Positions 35,801 through 49,232 of a stretch of 64,000 bases of DNA are shown here, piece after piece; the first letter of the stretch is position 1, and each line of letters starts with the position of its first letter. Position numbers and translations under genes: made by a program. Below the pieces are notes generated by a model. That model was not told where the DNA came from, did no database searches, and worked only from the letters and a program-made list of their open reading frames with translations. The DNA is from Mustelus asterias (taxonomy: Eukaryota). Location of the stretch: NCBI RefSeq assembly GCF_964213995.1, contig NC_135808.1, forward strand, positions 22,134,001 to 22,198,000. The letters run 5' to 3'.

Positions 35801-38800
35801 ATACATCCTATCTCTAAGAATCCTCTCCAACAACTTCCCTACCACGGACGTCAAGCTCACCGGCCTATAATTTCCCGGGTTATCCTTCCAACCCTTCTTA
35901 AATTACGGGACCACATTAGCTATCCTCCAATCCTCTGGGAACTCACCTGCGTCCAGTGACGAGACAAAGATTTGCGTCAGAGGCCCAGCGATTTCATCTC
36001 TCGTCTCCCTGAGCAGCCTTGGATAGATTCCATCAGGCCCTGGGGATTTGTCAGTCTTTATATTCCCTAAAAAAACTAACACTTCCTCCCTTGTAATGGA
36101 GATTTTCTCGAACGGGTCAACATTCCCCTCCGAGACATTCCCAGTCAACACATCCCGGTCCTTTGTGAATACGGACGCAAAGTATTCAGTTAGGATCTCC
36201 CCTACTTCTTTGGGCTCTCAGCATAATTCCCCACTTTTGTCCCTGAGAGGTCCGATTTTTTCCCTGACAACCCTTTTGTTCCTAACGTATGAATAAAATG
36301 CCATGGGATTCTCCTTAATCCTGTCTGCCAAGGACATTTCGTGACCCTTTTTGCCCTTCTAGTTCCTCGTTTGAGTTCTTTCCTACTTTCTTTGTATTCC
36401 TCCAGAGCTCCCTCCGTTTTTAGCTGCCTGGACCTAATGTACGCCTCTCTTTTCTTTTGGACCAATCCCTCAATTTCCCTGGTTATCCACGGTTCTCCAA
36501 TCCTACCCTTCCTATCCATCTTGTTTACATGCACATGCCTATCCTCCAGCCCTAACAACCGTTCCTTAAAAGACTCCCACATGCCAGATGTGGATTAACC
36601 CTCAAACAGCCTCTCCCAATCAACAGCTGCCAATTTCTGCCTAATCCCACTAAGGTTAGCCTTCCCCCATTCCAACACTTTACCCTTGGGACACCACTCA
36701 TCCTTTTCCATCACTGTCCTAAAGCTAACAGAATTGTGGTCACTATTTGCCACATGTTCCCCTACCGAAACTTTGAAGACCTGACCGGGCTCATTCTCTG
36801 GTACTAGGGCCAGTATAACCCCCTCTCTCGTCGGGCTATCTACATAGTGTTCCAAAGAACCTTCCTGTACGCATTTTGCAAATTCCTCCCCATTCAGGCT
36901 CCCAGCCCGACGCGATTTCCAGTCAATACCAGGGAAATTGAAGTCTCCCACCACAACAACCCTATTTTTCCTGCACCTATCCATTATCTCATGACATATC
37001 CGTTATTCCACCTTCCTTGGGCTGTTGGGGGGCCTGTCGTATACCCCAAACATAGTGACTGCGCCCTTCCTGTTTCTGAGATCCACCTACAGTGACTCGT
37101 TACACGACCCCACTGAATTGTCCTCCCCCAGCACCGCTGTAATATGCTCTCCAACTAATACTGCTACTCCCCTACCTCTTTTGGCCCCTCCTCTGTCTCG
37201 CCTAAAACACTTGTAGCCTGGAATATTCAGCTGCCAGTCCTGTCCCTCCTTGAACCAAGTCTCTGTCACCGCAACCACATCCAAATTCCTCGTAAGCATT
37301 AAGGCCTTAAGTTCATCTGTCTTACCTGCTACGCTCCTTGCATTGAAGTAGATGGACTCCAGACCTCCAGGCGCAGTGAAGTCATCCTCCCCCAGAGTGC
37401 TCTTCTTCTTTGCCAGCCTTGTCCTGGCCCCCAAGCTCGTCCCCAGCCTCTACACTTGTAGACATAATTTTTTGGTCCCCACCCCTCTGCCATATTAGTT
37501 TAAACCCACACGAACTGCACTCGCAAAACTCCCAGCCAGGATATTCGTGCACTTCCAATTTAGTTGTGACCGGTCCTTCTTGTACAGGTGCCCTCCTCTC
37601 TTGAAAACTTCCCAATGATCCGAATATGAAGCCTTCCCTCCTGGACCAGTCCTTTAGCCAAGCGTTCAATTGCACTATCTACCTATTCCTAGCCTCACTG
37701 GCCCTCGGCATTGGGAGCAGCCCAGAGATTGCCACCCTGGAGGCCCTACCTTTTAGCCTATTTCCCAACTCCCTGAATTGCTCTCGTAGGATCCCCCTGC
37801 TCTTCCTATCTACGTCATTTGCACCAATGTGTACAATGACATTCGTTTTTTTATCCTCCCCTTTTAATATGCCTCCTATCCGCTCGGAGACGTCCAGTAC
37901 CCCAGCACCAGGTAGGCAGACTACCATCCTGGAGTCCTGTTCGTACCCACAGAACCACCTGTCCGTGCCTCCAACCGACGCGTCCCCCACCACTATTGCT
38001 CTCCTAATCCCTCTCTTTCCTTTCTGGGCCACAGAGCCTGACTGTGTGCCAGTGACCTGGTCACTGTGGCTTACCCCTGGAGAGTCATCCTCCTCCACAC
38101 TATCCAAAACAATCTACTTGTTTTGGAAGGGGACAACCACAGGTGACCCCTCCACTAATTGCTCACTCCCCTCCCCTCTCACAGTTGTCGCCGAGCCCTT
38201 CCTATTATGAGAGACAGCCACTGGAATACTCTCTGGTACGTTAGCCTTATGACCTTTACTCCTCCTAACTGTGACACACATGTCTTCTCCCTGAGGCCCC
38301 GGTGTAACTACTTGCTTATAACTCATGCCTATTTGTCTCTCATTCTCCCTGACTCAACGAAGGTCATCAAGCCGCTGCCCCAGTTCCCTGACGCGGTCCC
38401 TCAGGAGCTGTAGATCCACGCACCTGGCGCAAATGTGAACTTCCGGGCGACTACGTGTTTCCAGGAAGTCCCACATCCCACACCGAAAGCAACGAACTGT
38501 CGAGAAAGACAACAAGTTATTCATGGCGATTGGCGCTCATCTCTCCGTGACCAGTCACCTGATGATCAGGTGTAATGCTGTGTGAATTTCTTATGAATAA
38601 CGTACCTCTGTTGACATGATAGCTTTCTCATCAGCAGCATCATCTCACAAAGCGCTCAGTCAGACTTCTTTAACAGCAGATCCCAGACCCACGACATCCA
38701 GCAAACATAAGGATAGGGGGAGCAGATGCATGTGAGCAGCACCAGTTCCAAGTTCAGGTCACCACATCCCCCATCCCCCACCCCGCAACACACGAGTTGC

Positions 38801-39189
38801 ACAAGCTCCTGCTCGGAAAAATATATATTGCTTCAACTTACTGGATCACACTCCTGGAACTCATGCCTTAACAGTGCTGTGGGTGAATCGACAGCGCACA
38901 GACTGTGGCGGTTGAAGGAGAAGGCATGGGGACATCTCAGAGTAACGAGGCTTGGGAATAAATGAATGAAATAAAAAACAGTTTGCAGCCATTTCGTCCA
39001 GCTGCCAATTTCAGCGTTCCATTCTGACAATCCAAAGCTGGACATTGTGGACACAATGCAGTTTGCCGAAGTATTCCTAAGCCGAGTCTGTCAATTTCAT
39101 TCTGATCAAGAGAAACGGAGATTATTGTATGAGTGTGCCTTGATGAGTTGCATTTAGAAATACATTTAGTAAAATTGAGATTGAGATTA
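32861..39189 (+). repeat. Tandem segmental duplication, copy 1 (interrupted by a 4-kb CR1)
   Basis: 32861..34500 plus 38503..39189 are collinear with 39190..41718. Confidence 0.9.
34501..38502 (-). mobile_element. Near-full-length CR1 LINE (ORF1 zinc finger/leucine zipper plus SGNH esterase; ORF2 APE plus RT), frameshifted
   Basis: CFRCGMW...ICARCVDLQLL (38400-38500); IVVGDAS...CLPGA...VIVHIGAND (37679..38107); YFNARS...VAVTETW (37087..37434); VVGDFNFP; MDFSKAFDKVPH, GVPQGSVLG, KFADDTK; tail (TTCTTTG)n at 34501-34518. Confidence 0.95.
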
Positions 39190-41718
39190 ATTTGGTTCAC
39201 GTCGGAGCCAAGACTGCAGAGGAAACTCGGAAAGAGTTTCTGCATAGTCAGTATGATGATCTGGTGCACTCTATTAAGAAGGTGAATCTTAATGCTTCTA
39301 ATCTCAGAGCCACGTGCAATATGGCATGGGATAGATGAAATTAGGGAGAGGAACGCATGGCTCAAAGATTGAAGTGGGAGAAGTGGGGTCCAGTTTGTGT
39401 AGACCTGGCTCCAGTACTGGGGAAATTGGGGGCTCCACATTTGGGACGGTCAGCACCTGAGTACTGTTGGGATCTGTGTTCACATGAACCGCATACATAT
39501 GGATTTGCAAAGGATTTAAAACGAAATAGCGAGACGAGAGGTCAAATGTGGAAAGATGTGTATCTATAGCTTAAGATACGGAGAGATACAAAATTTTGAC
39601 AATGCGAGAAGACTGGTTGTAGGGATGTTTATGCCTCTGGCTGGGAGGTCTAGAACAAAGGGTGACAGTCACAGGAACGGTGTAGGCCACTTAGAACTGA
39701 GATTATCGGAACCATCTTCACTCAGAGAGTTGTGAACCGGTGCATTTCCCTGCCACAGAAAGATGTGGAAGCCACTGCTGAATGAATTTAAGGAGATGGA
39801 TGGAATGTTAGATTCTAAGGGCGTGTAAATTTTATGGGGGGTTGGGGGGGGGGAGGGTGCGGAGTGCGAGAGTCTGGCGCTGAGATAAAGGATCAACCAG
39901 TAATATACCAAGAATCCCAATACCGACCCCTGGGGAACACCACTAAAAACATTCCTCCAGCCCAAAAATGTGCATTGACTACTATTCTCCCCTTCCTCCG
40001 AGTCAGGCAATTTTATATCCATGTTACACCTGTCCCTTTTGTTCCATGACCTATATTTTTCCGCATAAATCCATTGTGTGGCACTGCATTTAATGCCTTT
40101 TGAAAGTCGCACATAGGATAACACATACGAATGAAATGCCTCGCATTACCCTCATCCACCGATTCTGCTTGCTTCTTACGAAACTCCAGAAAGTTAGTGA
40201 AACACGATTTCTGCATGAGAAATCAATGCTGGTTCTTTCCGACCAACGCACATATTTCCATGTGACAACTAATTATATCCTGGGGGGCGGGGTGGGGGGG
40301 GGGCGAGCTTTTCCGGCTCACCCCACTGATCGATCTCTCGCCTCTCGTGATACTATCAGCAGTGCGAAGCCGCGCCCGGGAAGGAGGGAGGCTGAATATG
40401 ATTTTTCAAAGTCAATTTCATCCCGTGCTCACTTTCCTTAACAGCCCCGTCGATGGAGGTCCTCACAAGTGAGGATCACGTGTGTATCCCATGCCGATGG
40501 GAACCAGGTGTTATGACCAAGCTGGTGGGACTGGAGGCCATCGAGGCCATCCAGGTGGTGCCGATCCAGTACATATTCCTGATGTTAAACTGACTTTTAT
40601 GTAATTTTTTGGCTTATCCTTGCAATCTATTTTGGACAGTGGCATAAGTTTTACAATTTTTAACAACCTTTGGGCACTTCCCCCGAGTCAAGAGAAGACT
40701 GAACGATTATGACCAGTACCTTCCAATTTCTGCTTTCTCTTCCTTAAATGTCCTTGGATACATCTCATCCAGTTCGTTGTCTTGTCAATTTTAAATACCG
40801 ACAGCTGATATGCAATTCCTCCTCATTATATTTGAAGATTGTGAAACATAAACCAAGCCCGCTCTCTCAGGTCTATATAAAACATTCCAGTATCGTGTTT
40901 CAAAGAGTTCTCCCTGGTGACCTGGTCAGACAAAGAGCAACACACATGATTGGTATGCTTAAAAGCAAACTCTGAATGCTGTGAGATAACCTCGAGAATA
41001 TTCATTCCCTGCTTCGAGTCTAGAAAGACCACAAGTTATTCATGGCGATTGGCGCTCATCTCTCCACCAACAGTCGGCTGATTTTCAAGTGTAATGCTGT
41101 GCGGAGTGCTTCTGAATAATATACATGTGTTGGAATGAGAGCTTTCTAATCAGCAGCATTACGTCAAAAAACGTCCAGGCAGGCTTCTATAACAGCAGAT
41201 CCCAGACCTGCCACCTCCACCAAACATAAAGATAGGGGGAGCAGGTTCATGAGAGCAACACCACTTCCAAGTTCATTTCAGGACATTCCCCAGCCCCCAC
41301 CCCTCAACACCACGAGTCGCACAAGCTCCTGCTCGGAAATATATACTGCTTCAACTGTTACTGGGGTCATACTCCTGGAACTCATTCCCTAACAGTGCTG
41401 TGAGTGGATCGATAGCGCACAGACTGCGGCGGTTGAAGGTGAAGGAATGGGGAAATCTTCTCAGGGTAACTGGGCCTGGGAATAAATGAATGAAATAAAA
41501 ACCTGTTTGCAGACATTTCATCCAGCTGTCACTTTCAGGGTACATTCAGCGTTCCATTCTGACAATCCAAAATTGGTCACTGTGGACACAATGCAGTTTG
41601 TCGAAGTATTACGAAGCCTAGCTTCTCAAATTCATTCTGATGAAGAGAAACAGAGATTATTATATGCCTTGATGAGTTGCATTTGGATATACATTTCGTT
41701 AAATTGAGATTGAGATTA
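39190..41718 (+). repeat. Tandem segmental duplication, copy 2 (about 2.5 kb; mosaic of old CR1, MITE and LINE debris)
   Basis: Both copies start at(c/t)tggttcacgtcgg and end aaattgagattgagatta. Confidence 0.9.
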
Positions 41719-42117
41719 GGTTTGCTTGCTGCTGTGTTTGAGGTGACAAAAATATCATAGCTTTAATGAAAAAAAAAGGCCCGGGACGCTTCACAAAAAC
41801 AAACGCAAATTTCAACACCAAGCCCGTTGGAGAGATTTGAAGACAGGTGGCCAGACGCTTGTTCAAAACCTTTGAAGAAAACGATAAAGGAGAACGGAAA
41901 TGTCGAGATTTCGAGAGGTTTAGGATGGGAATCTCTAAGCCGAGGGCTCAGGCAGCTGAAGGTGCAACCACCAATGGAGTGGTTCAGAATCTGGGATGTG
42001 CAATGGAACAGGGTCTAGAGAAATACATAGACCTTAGAGGAGTGTATGTTTGCATGAATTATGGAAGGAGGGAGGGGCGAGAGTATATGTAGGGAAAGTG
42101 GAGAAGGTGAGCGCGAT

Positions 42118-42620
42118 ATGATTTGATTTATTACTTTCGCATGCATTGGGATAGAATGGAGAATATTGTTTCCTGCGTGCTATACAGACAAAACACACTG
42201 TTGACAGAATACGTAGAGGATGTAAGACGCATCTTGATGAGTACATATGGGGAGTGAATCGAGGAATACGGACCGAGTAAGGGCAAAATGTTTTTTCTCA
42301 GTTTAGTTCGGGCATCATGATTGGCACAGGCTTGGAGTGTTGAAGGGCCTGTTCCTGTGCCATAGTTTTCTTTATTCTTTGTTCTTTGTACATATGGCAG
42401 AAGGAAATGAGTGGGTGCAGAATATAAAGTTACAGTCGCACCTAGCGTGTAGAGAAACACCAAAGTAATATAAGGTAGGTCCATTCATAAGCCTCATGGT
42501 AGCAGTCGGTTGGTGTGTGATCTCAGACAATTGTATCTTTTTATTCCGAAGGAAGTAAGTGGAAGAGAGTTTGTCAGGAGTGCGTGTGGTCTGTGATAAT
42601 GCTGGTGGGGTTGAGGTGGA
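42118..42620 (-). mobile_element. Rex1/Babar-type LINE 3' end with a (+) CR1 3' end nested at about 42200-42390
   Basis: The reverse complement matches the 3' UTR at 61460-61666 (aaacaatac...aataaatcaaat). The nested piece ends gaagggcctgttcctgtgc...ttctttgttcttt. Confidence 0.65.
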
Positions 42621-43009
42621 GCCCGGCATCATCAGCATACCTGTGAAACCGAATGCTGTGCCTTCAGATGATGTCTCCAGGTGGCATGATGGAGATGAGA
42701 AATGGGAGGGACCAATGATGAACCTTGAGTGGGCATGAGGGTTACGGGGCTGGGGGTGGGGGAACAGGCACCCACAAGGTAAGGATGCAGAATTAGGAAG
42801 TGAAAACTGTGCTGCTGATTCTCTGGCTAGAATTAGACAAAAACGCAATGAAATTGGTGAAATCCCACCCTGCCAGGTGGCAATGGGAGGGATATTTGAG
42901 GGGAGTTGTCATCCTTGGATTGGACTCTCAGCCACCAGGAGTGGGCCCTCTGTGTCCATAGGAGCACCCGGGGGAGGTTCTATTGTCATGGTACTTTCAC
43001 GAGACTACT

Positions 43010-43345
43010 AACCTGAGACGCATGTTAATCTTCTAACAATCCGGCGTTTGAATTCAACAATGGCAGATGGTGAAATTTGAATTCCACAAAAACTCTGGAG
43101 TAAAAAGTCTAATGATGACCGAAATATCATTGCCGATTGTTGTAAATGGCATCTGGTTGAGTAATTCCCCTTTCGGGAAGGAAAACTGCCACTATCACCC
43201 AGTTTCGCCTACATTTGACTCCGGGCCACAGCAATGCGGTTGGCTCTGAAATGCTCGTCTGAAATGGCCGAGCAAGAAGCTCAGTTCAATGTTAATCACG
43301 GGTGCATGAGAAAGATTGGCCTAGCCAGCGACATCTCATGAATGT
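43010..43345 (+). mobile_element. SacSINE1/DeuSINE-like SINE
   Basis: atggcagatggtgaaatttgaattc...gattgttgtaaa...gggaaggaaaactgcc...ggcctagccagcgac...catgaatg. Confidence 0.6.
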
Positions 43346-43954
43346 CTTCTTCAAAACGCGCAGGAGGCAGCACCCCCATCCCACGATCAGACACTCTCAG
43401 GGGATTGGGCCAACTGCACCCTGGGATCAGACAATATTTTTATTCAACTCACCACGTACCAGGAACAAATACTCTGCCCAGAATTGGACACCTGGATTGC
43501 CCAGATCCAGAGCTGCTCAGATGGAGAATATGAGATACCTACTTTGGACATGCTCTCGCGTCCTCCCCATCTGTGTGGAAGCCAAACCTGTTCATCAGCA
43601 TGACTGTAGGTTTGAAAAAGTGCCAATGAAAAGTGACAAATGCTGTGGAATTCAGCCCCCATCGTGCCCCCTACCTCTGCAACATATACCCACACCTCCC
43701 TTAGTCCCCTATTACATTGAGACAGCCTGGCGGTAAAGCACAACCCTCAAACTGCTGTAAGTATCATTTCTCGTAAAAACAGGGTTATGTAATCCGCCAT
43801 GTCAGAAGTCACAGATAGGTGAAGGAAAATGTGAGGAAAAGTTTACCTTTGTCACAGTCACACATAATGTCATTCGTGACTTTGGTGTGCCGGGGTTGGA
43901 AACCACATTTGGAAGGATTGAGACATTTTCACCCCAAAATTGTAAGTGACCAAT

Positions 43955-44890
43955 GGGCGGGAAAATGGGAGGTTATCACGTTTGATTTTTGGCGAGATTG
44001 GTTAAATGAATTGACGGAACTCTGTGCAGCACAGAGGCCATCAGGCGATTCACACCAGTTGGAGGGAAGGAGCGGGGGGGGGGGGGGGGGGGCGTTGGGT
44101 GGTTGTTGTGGTGGGGGGGAGGGGGCGGGGGGTGCTGCGGGGCGGAGCCTAGTCCCACTCGAGAGTCCGGAATCAGTCTGCTTCGTGGGCGATTGCGCAA
44201 GCAATTGGGAGATCGGTTGACATGCAATCCCCCAATCTGACGCTTCCCAATCGCGTGCTCCAAAACCCCCAGATATCATCAGCCCGACTCCCTTCACCAC
44301 ATCAGCCCCCACCTCCAAATTCCGAACCCCTCTTTCGTTCCCACCTACTTCCGCCCCCAGCCTGCTCTGAGCCCTGGGGTCCCCAGCCCCGAGGTCCCCA
44401 GCCCCGAGGGTTCTCCGCTTGACACTGCCCAGCGCATGGTTGGCACTGCCAGTGTGCCAGCCTGGACGTGCCAGGCTGCCCCTTGGGCAGTGCCAGTTTG
44501 CCAGGCTGGCACTGTCTTGTTTCCAGGCTGGCAGTGCCAGACTACCCTTGGGCACTCCCAGTTTCTCAGACTGGCACCGCCAGGGTCGCCGGCTGGCTGT
44601 GCCCAAGGTCCACTGACCCCCATTCCTTACCTCTCGGGGGGCCTCAATGGCCTGCGGTCCCACGAATGAGGCCATCACGCCAGGTCCAGATTGCTGGGGA
44701 CAATCTGTGATCCCCGATCGTGTGGACCTCCACGGGCGTGGTCGGAATCATAAGTGAGCCTCGTCAATATCGTCCCGGGCTTGCTAAATAGTTTAAATTA
44801 GGATATAAATATTTAAATCAGCCTCCTGCTGTGCCCCTTTGCGCAGGAAGATCAGGACCAGCGTGCAGTTGTTGGCCTGTTTTTGGCCTC
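43955..44890. mobile_element. GC-rich non-autonomous DNA-transposon-like repeat
   Basis: Same tggcac/gtgccag-rich interior, poly-G tracts and atttaaat motif as the other GC-rich MITE-like elements; termini not resolved. Confidence 0.45.
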
Positions 44891-45429
44891 CTGCTTAAAT
44901 GTCAGGCCCTTGGAGTTGCAGATTCGATGGGGATGAACTTGGTGGTTGCAATGCACTCAAGTACGTCGTGGAGTAAAGGGAGGGAGATGGAACGGTAATT
45001 TACAAAGGCGGTGGGTTTAGGGCCAGATTTAAAGATGGGGGAGTGGTTAGAGCAGAGTCCAATGAGTGAGGGAGGGAGCCGTCGGAGAGAGAACAATGAA
45101 CTATTTCAGCCACCAAGGCAAACCAAGAAGGAAGCTGCCGCTGTTTACCTGAGCAGCCACCCATGTGCGAAGCTATCGAATTCTGTCCTAGTTCGGATCC
45201 CTCACCCTGGTTGCGAGCCACCCACCAGAGCACCTGGGCTGGACACGTCCAGACACATGCAATCCCCACCAATGGTGGAGGGAGAGAGAGAGAAACAGCA
45301 GTGAAAAATACACGGGAAATATAAGACTCAATAAAATGTATCAAGCCAAAAAAATCAATTCACGGAAATAAACATTTGCAACCACTTGAAAATTTATGAT
45401 TAGTTTTATCAAATTGTGCTTGTGTTTCT

Positions 45430-46065
45430 GAGACCGTGTCAATGTTTGCCCGTTGTCCCGATAGGGGGCGATCTGAATCCACCCTTGAACATCCCACCGC
45501 CATAATGGGAATTTTCAGGACCCAGTGATGCCTGGTTTAATTTTGTTGATAGAAATCTTGGGATAAATGTTACATTCGGGGACAGGAAGCAGCATATTTG
45601 AACATTTCGCTATTTTAAATACAGCTGTCAGGTTATCGTTCAGCCTTTTATCAAGAGAAAAGAGACCCAATTTGTCAAACAATTTCCTGATATCCACACA
45701 CGGATTTCAGCGATAATCTCTGGAAATTTTCTCTGCACACTCTCCATGGCCTCGGCATCCTCTTTGTAACATGACACCCAGAGTGGCACACAGTAGTCTG
45801 TCACTTTGTACCGCTACTCTGAACACTTTAAACGTGGTCTAAACAAGTTTTGATACTGGCTGAGAATAACTTCCCTACATTTCAGTTCTCTCCCTCGACA
45901 AACAAAGCCACGTGCTTGTTTTGCTTGTTTTATCGCCGTGCTACACAATGCTGCAACCTTTATTGATTGAGGTACTAGTTCTCCAAAATTCACTTGTGTA
46001 TCGAAACTGCAGAAACTTGCAGCGTCCAAATAATAAGTTTGCTCCGTATTCTTCCTGTCAAACTG
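45430..46065 (-). mobile_element. Old CR1 3' fragment
   Basis: GRELKCREVILSQYQNLFRPRL and LFDKLGLFSLDKRLNDNL resemble the CR1 ORF2 C-terminus. Confidence 0.65.
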
Positions 46066-46069
46066 TTCC

Positions 46070-46237
46070 ACGATGTGGAGATACCGGCGTTGGACTGGGG
46101 TTATATCACAGTAAGAATTCTCACATCACTAGGTCAAAGTGCAACTGGTTTATTTGGAATCACGAGCTTTCGCAGCGCTGCTCCTTCATCAGGTGTGTGA
46201 TGAAGGAACAGTGCTCCGAAACTCGTGATTCCAAATA
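46070..46237 (-). mobile_element. Penelope-type terminal repeat with an inverted partial copy (hammerhead-like motif)
   Basis: 46151..46191 and 46198..46237 are inverted copies. The minus strand reads cac-CTGATGA-a-ggagc-agc-gctgc-GAAA-gc-TC-gtg. Confidence 0.7.
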
Positions 46238-46582
46238 TTCCACCGCACATTTATTTGTGTCAGGCTTCAACTTACTATTGTTTCCCATTCTTCAATTTAA
46301 ACGAATGCCCTCCTTTGAGTTGTTGCAGTCTTCCTCAGTATTGACGATGTCCTCACACTCTCACCCATCCCCATTTCGAAGCCCACCCCATCCATGTGGG
46401 AGAGTTGGTTGAACAGAAACGGAAAATCTTCAGTTATCCTCATCATGTTAGGAATTCAACAATTTGTGTGAAGCGATAAGTGACCATTAACTTAGTCAGC
46501 TGGAAACAAAATAAAAGGCTGATCTTGACTGCAGTGGCAATATTGATGGGAAGAGTCCTGATTTTAACCTGAGAACGAGTTA

Positions 46583-46914
46583 CATAAAATCCCTACAATG
46601 CAGAAGGAAACCATTCGGCCCATCGAGTCTGCACCGACAATTCCACTAGGCCCTCTCCCCGTAACCGCACATATGTACCCCGTTAAGCCCTGTAACTGAC
46701 GCATCCTGGGACACGATGGGGCAATTTAGCATGACCGATGTACGTAATCCACACATCTTTGGACTGTGGAAGGAAACTGGAGCATCCAGAGAAAACCCAC
46801 GCAGACACGGGGAGAATGTGCAAACTCCACACAGACAGTGACGCAAGCCGGGAATCGAACCCAGGTCCCTGGAGCTGTGAGGCAGCAGTGCTGATCACTG
46901 TGCCACAGTGTCAC
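46583..46914 (-). mobile_element. HE1 SINE
   Basis: Head, V-domain and tail on the reverse strand. Confidence 0.9.
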
Positions 46915-47448
46915 CTTACAGTGCTGTAAGCCCTCCCTAATTTTGAGGAAAGAGACACAGAGATATTTTCAATTTCTTTTAGTAGGATGGGTGTTAGCAG
47001 GTGGGTTCGTAGAAAGCAAACTGCACATTCTTCATCCAAAGCGGATTGACGGCAGTTCTCCATTTAAGTCTTGTTTTCTGAATCTACGGATTGTGTGATG
47101 GCGGAAAAGGCATTTTGTGATAACCACTGCTAATTTGCAAACTCCCCAAATAGCCGGGGCTGAACTTAAATCGAACTTGAGAGGGGAGAGCAAAGTAAGT
47201 TTGATTGTTGGTACGGGCACTGAGACCTTTTGGCAGAAATTGATCCAGTTCTACTCTCGATATGGATTACCCATCGATGTCCACTCGGATCAATGTTCGA
47301 ACTTCATGTCTGACATTTTCCAGGGAGTTAATAGTTTTGGTTTAAAGCCGTTCAAGTCCTCAGCATATCGCCCACATGCTCAGGGAGCTTTGGTAGGATA
47401 CCGCCAGGCTCGAAAATCTATGAGTAGGGCATACTTTCAAGGCAGGAC

Positions 47449-47746
47449 TAGAGAGTCCCTACAGTGCAGAGCGAGGCTATTTAGCCCATTGAGTCTGCAC
47501 CGACTCACCTAAAGCGCACCATGCACTGCCCACTCTACCCATCTCCTCAAACCCGTGCATTTCCCAAGGCTAATCGACATAACCTGCACATTTGTAGAAT
47601 GTGGGAGGAAACGGGAGCACCCAACGTAATCCCAGGCAGTCACAGGGGAATTTGCAAACTCCACACAGTCACCCAGGACTCGAATTTAACCCGGGTCGCT
47701 GGCGTTGTGAGGCAGCAGTGCTAAAGACTGTGCCACCGTGTCGCCA
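47449..47746 (-). mobile_element. HE1-related SINE nested in the Gypsy integrase
   Basis: ccctacagtgcaga...gtgggaggaaac...caaactccacacag...ctgtgccaccgtgtcgcc. Confidence 0.85.
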
Positions 47747-49149
47747 TGATTTAATTTGTTTGCCACGCAGGATGCATCTGCACCTGGGGTGTAAGTCCAT
47801 TTTTGCTCTTCAATGCACATGAGACGAATCTATTCAAGGCGTTTAGGTCCTAGGAATAAATATTGCATTGTAGAATTTTAATCGAAATTGAGGGAGGGGC
47901 TCACATATGCCTGCATTGTCCCGCAGCAATGCCATAAAGCTTCCAAATCGACCATGAAGAAATGGTCAGACAAACAAGCCAAGATTCAAACCTTTCAGAT
48001 CGGGAGTTATGTGATAATATGACTCCCTATGCAGTACGAAATGCTTCGAGCTCGGTTCAGTGGTCCATATAAAGTCGTCAAATTAATTTAAAAATATATT
48101 CTTGGGATGCGGGGCTCGCTGGCTAGGCCAGCATATATTGCCCATCCCTACTTGCCCTTGAGGAAACAGTGGTGTGCTGCCTTTCTGAACTCCTGCACTT
48201 CATGTTGTGCATTTCCCTTCGCAGAGGAATCAATAACCAGGGGGCATAACTGTATGGTGAGGGACGGGAGATTTGGAGGGGATTTGTGGACTTTTTGTTT
48301 ACTCTGATGGCGGTGGGACATTGGGAGTCACAGCCTATCCGTGTGGTAGAGGATAGAACCCTCACAGCATTGAAGAAACATTTGGATGAGTACTTAAAAA
48401 TCCACAGTATATATGGCCAAGAACCAAGTGCTGGAAAATTGGATGGCCGCTTGATGGACAGCACAGACATGATGGGCCGATAGACCTCCTTCTGTGCTGT
48501 AAAACACTGTGACAAGACGGTGTACGTGCATCCACAGTGACAGGGCTGAGCTTGGTAGATAATTATTTGATTATCTACCAAGCTTATTTTGAACACCCCA
48601 GATTGCAGGGAAAAAAATCGGCAATGCCACAGCAAACTGTTGATGCAATATCAGCGCGTGGGAGGGGGATAAGCAAATAATGGTATGTCAGGCCATCAGG
48701 ACAGTGGAAGACGAAGGAGATAGTGAGGATGAGACAGAAATCCGGTTAGCTAACACTGAACTATTAGAGGGATTGGATCATGCTTTCACATTGAAATGCA
48801 GAAAACAAGAAGATCTAACACGGTTTCTCAGAGAATTGCAATGAGTCTATAGCGATATTTCTGGGACCTTCGTCATGCATGATGTGGATATAGCAAAATT
48901 CTCTCCTATAAAGCAGTATCTTTACCGTTTGAATCCAGAGAAACCGGCTGAGGTGAAAGGAGAGCTCCAGTGCATGCTGGAAAATCACCTCATTGAATCC
49001 AGCCAAACAGTTGGAGTTCCTCAGTCGTGTTAATGCTTAAACCAGATGGTTCGGCCAGATTCTGGATCCGCTACCGACGAGTCAGTGCGGTGACAAAGGC
49101 AGATGCCTTGTTCCTCGCTTGGAAGAATGCATTGGCAAAGATGGCAGCT

Positions 49150-49232
49150 CCGACGAAGGGCCATCCAGACTCGAAGCGTTGGCTCTGTTCTCTCTCCATA
49201 AATGCTCTGAGATTTTCCAGAATTTTCTGTTG
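49150..49232 (+). mobile_element. Penelope 3' terminal fragment nested in the Gypsy RT
   Basis: ccgacgaagggccatccagactcgaagcgttggctc...ctgagattttccag; same family as 7895-7990 (-). Confidence 0.65.
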
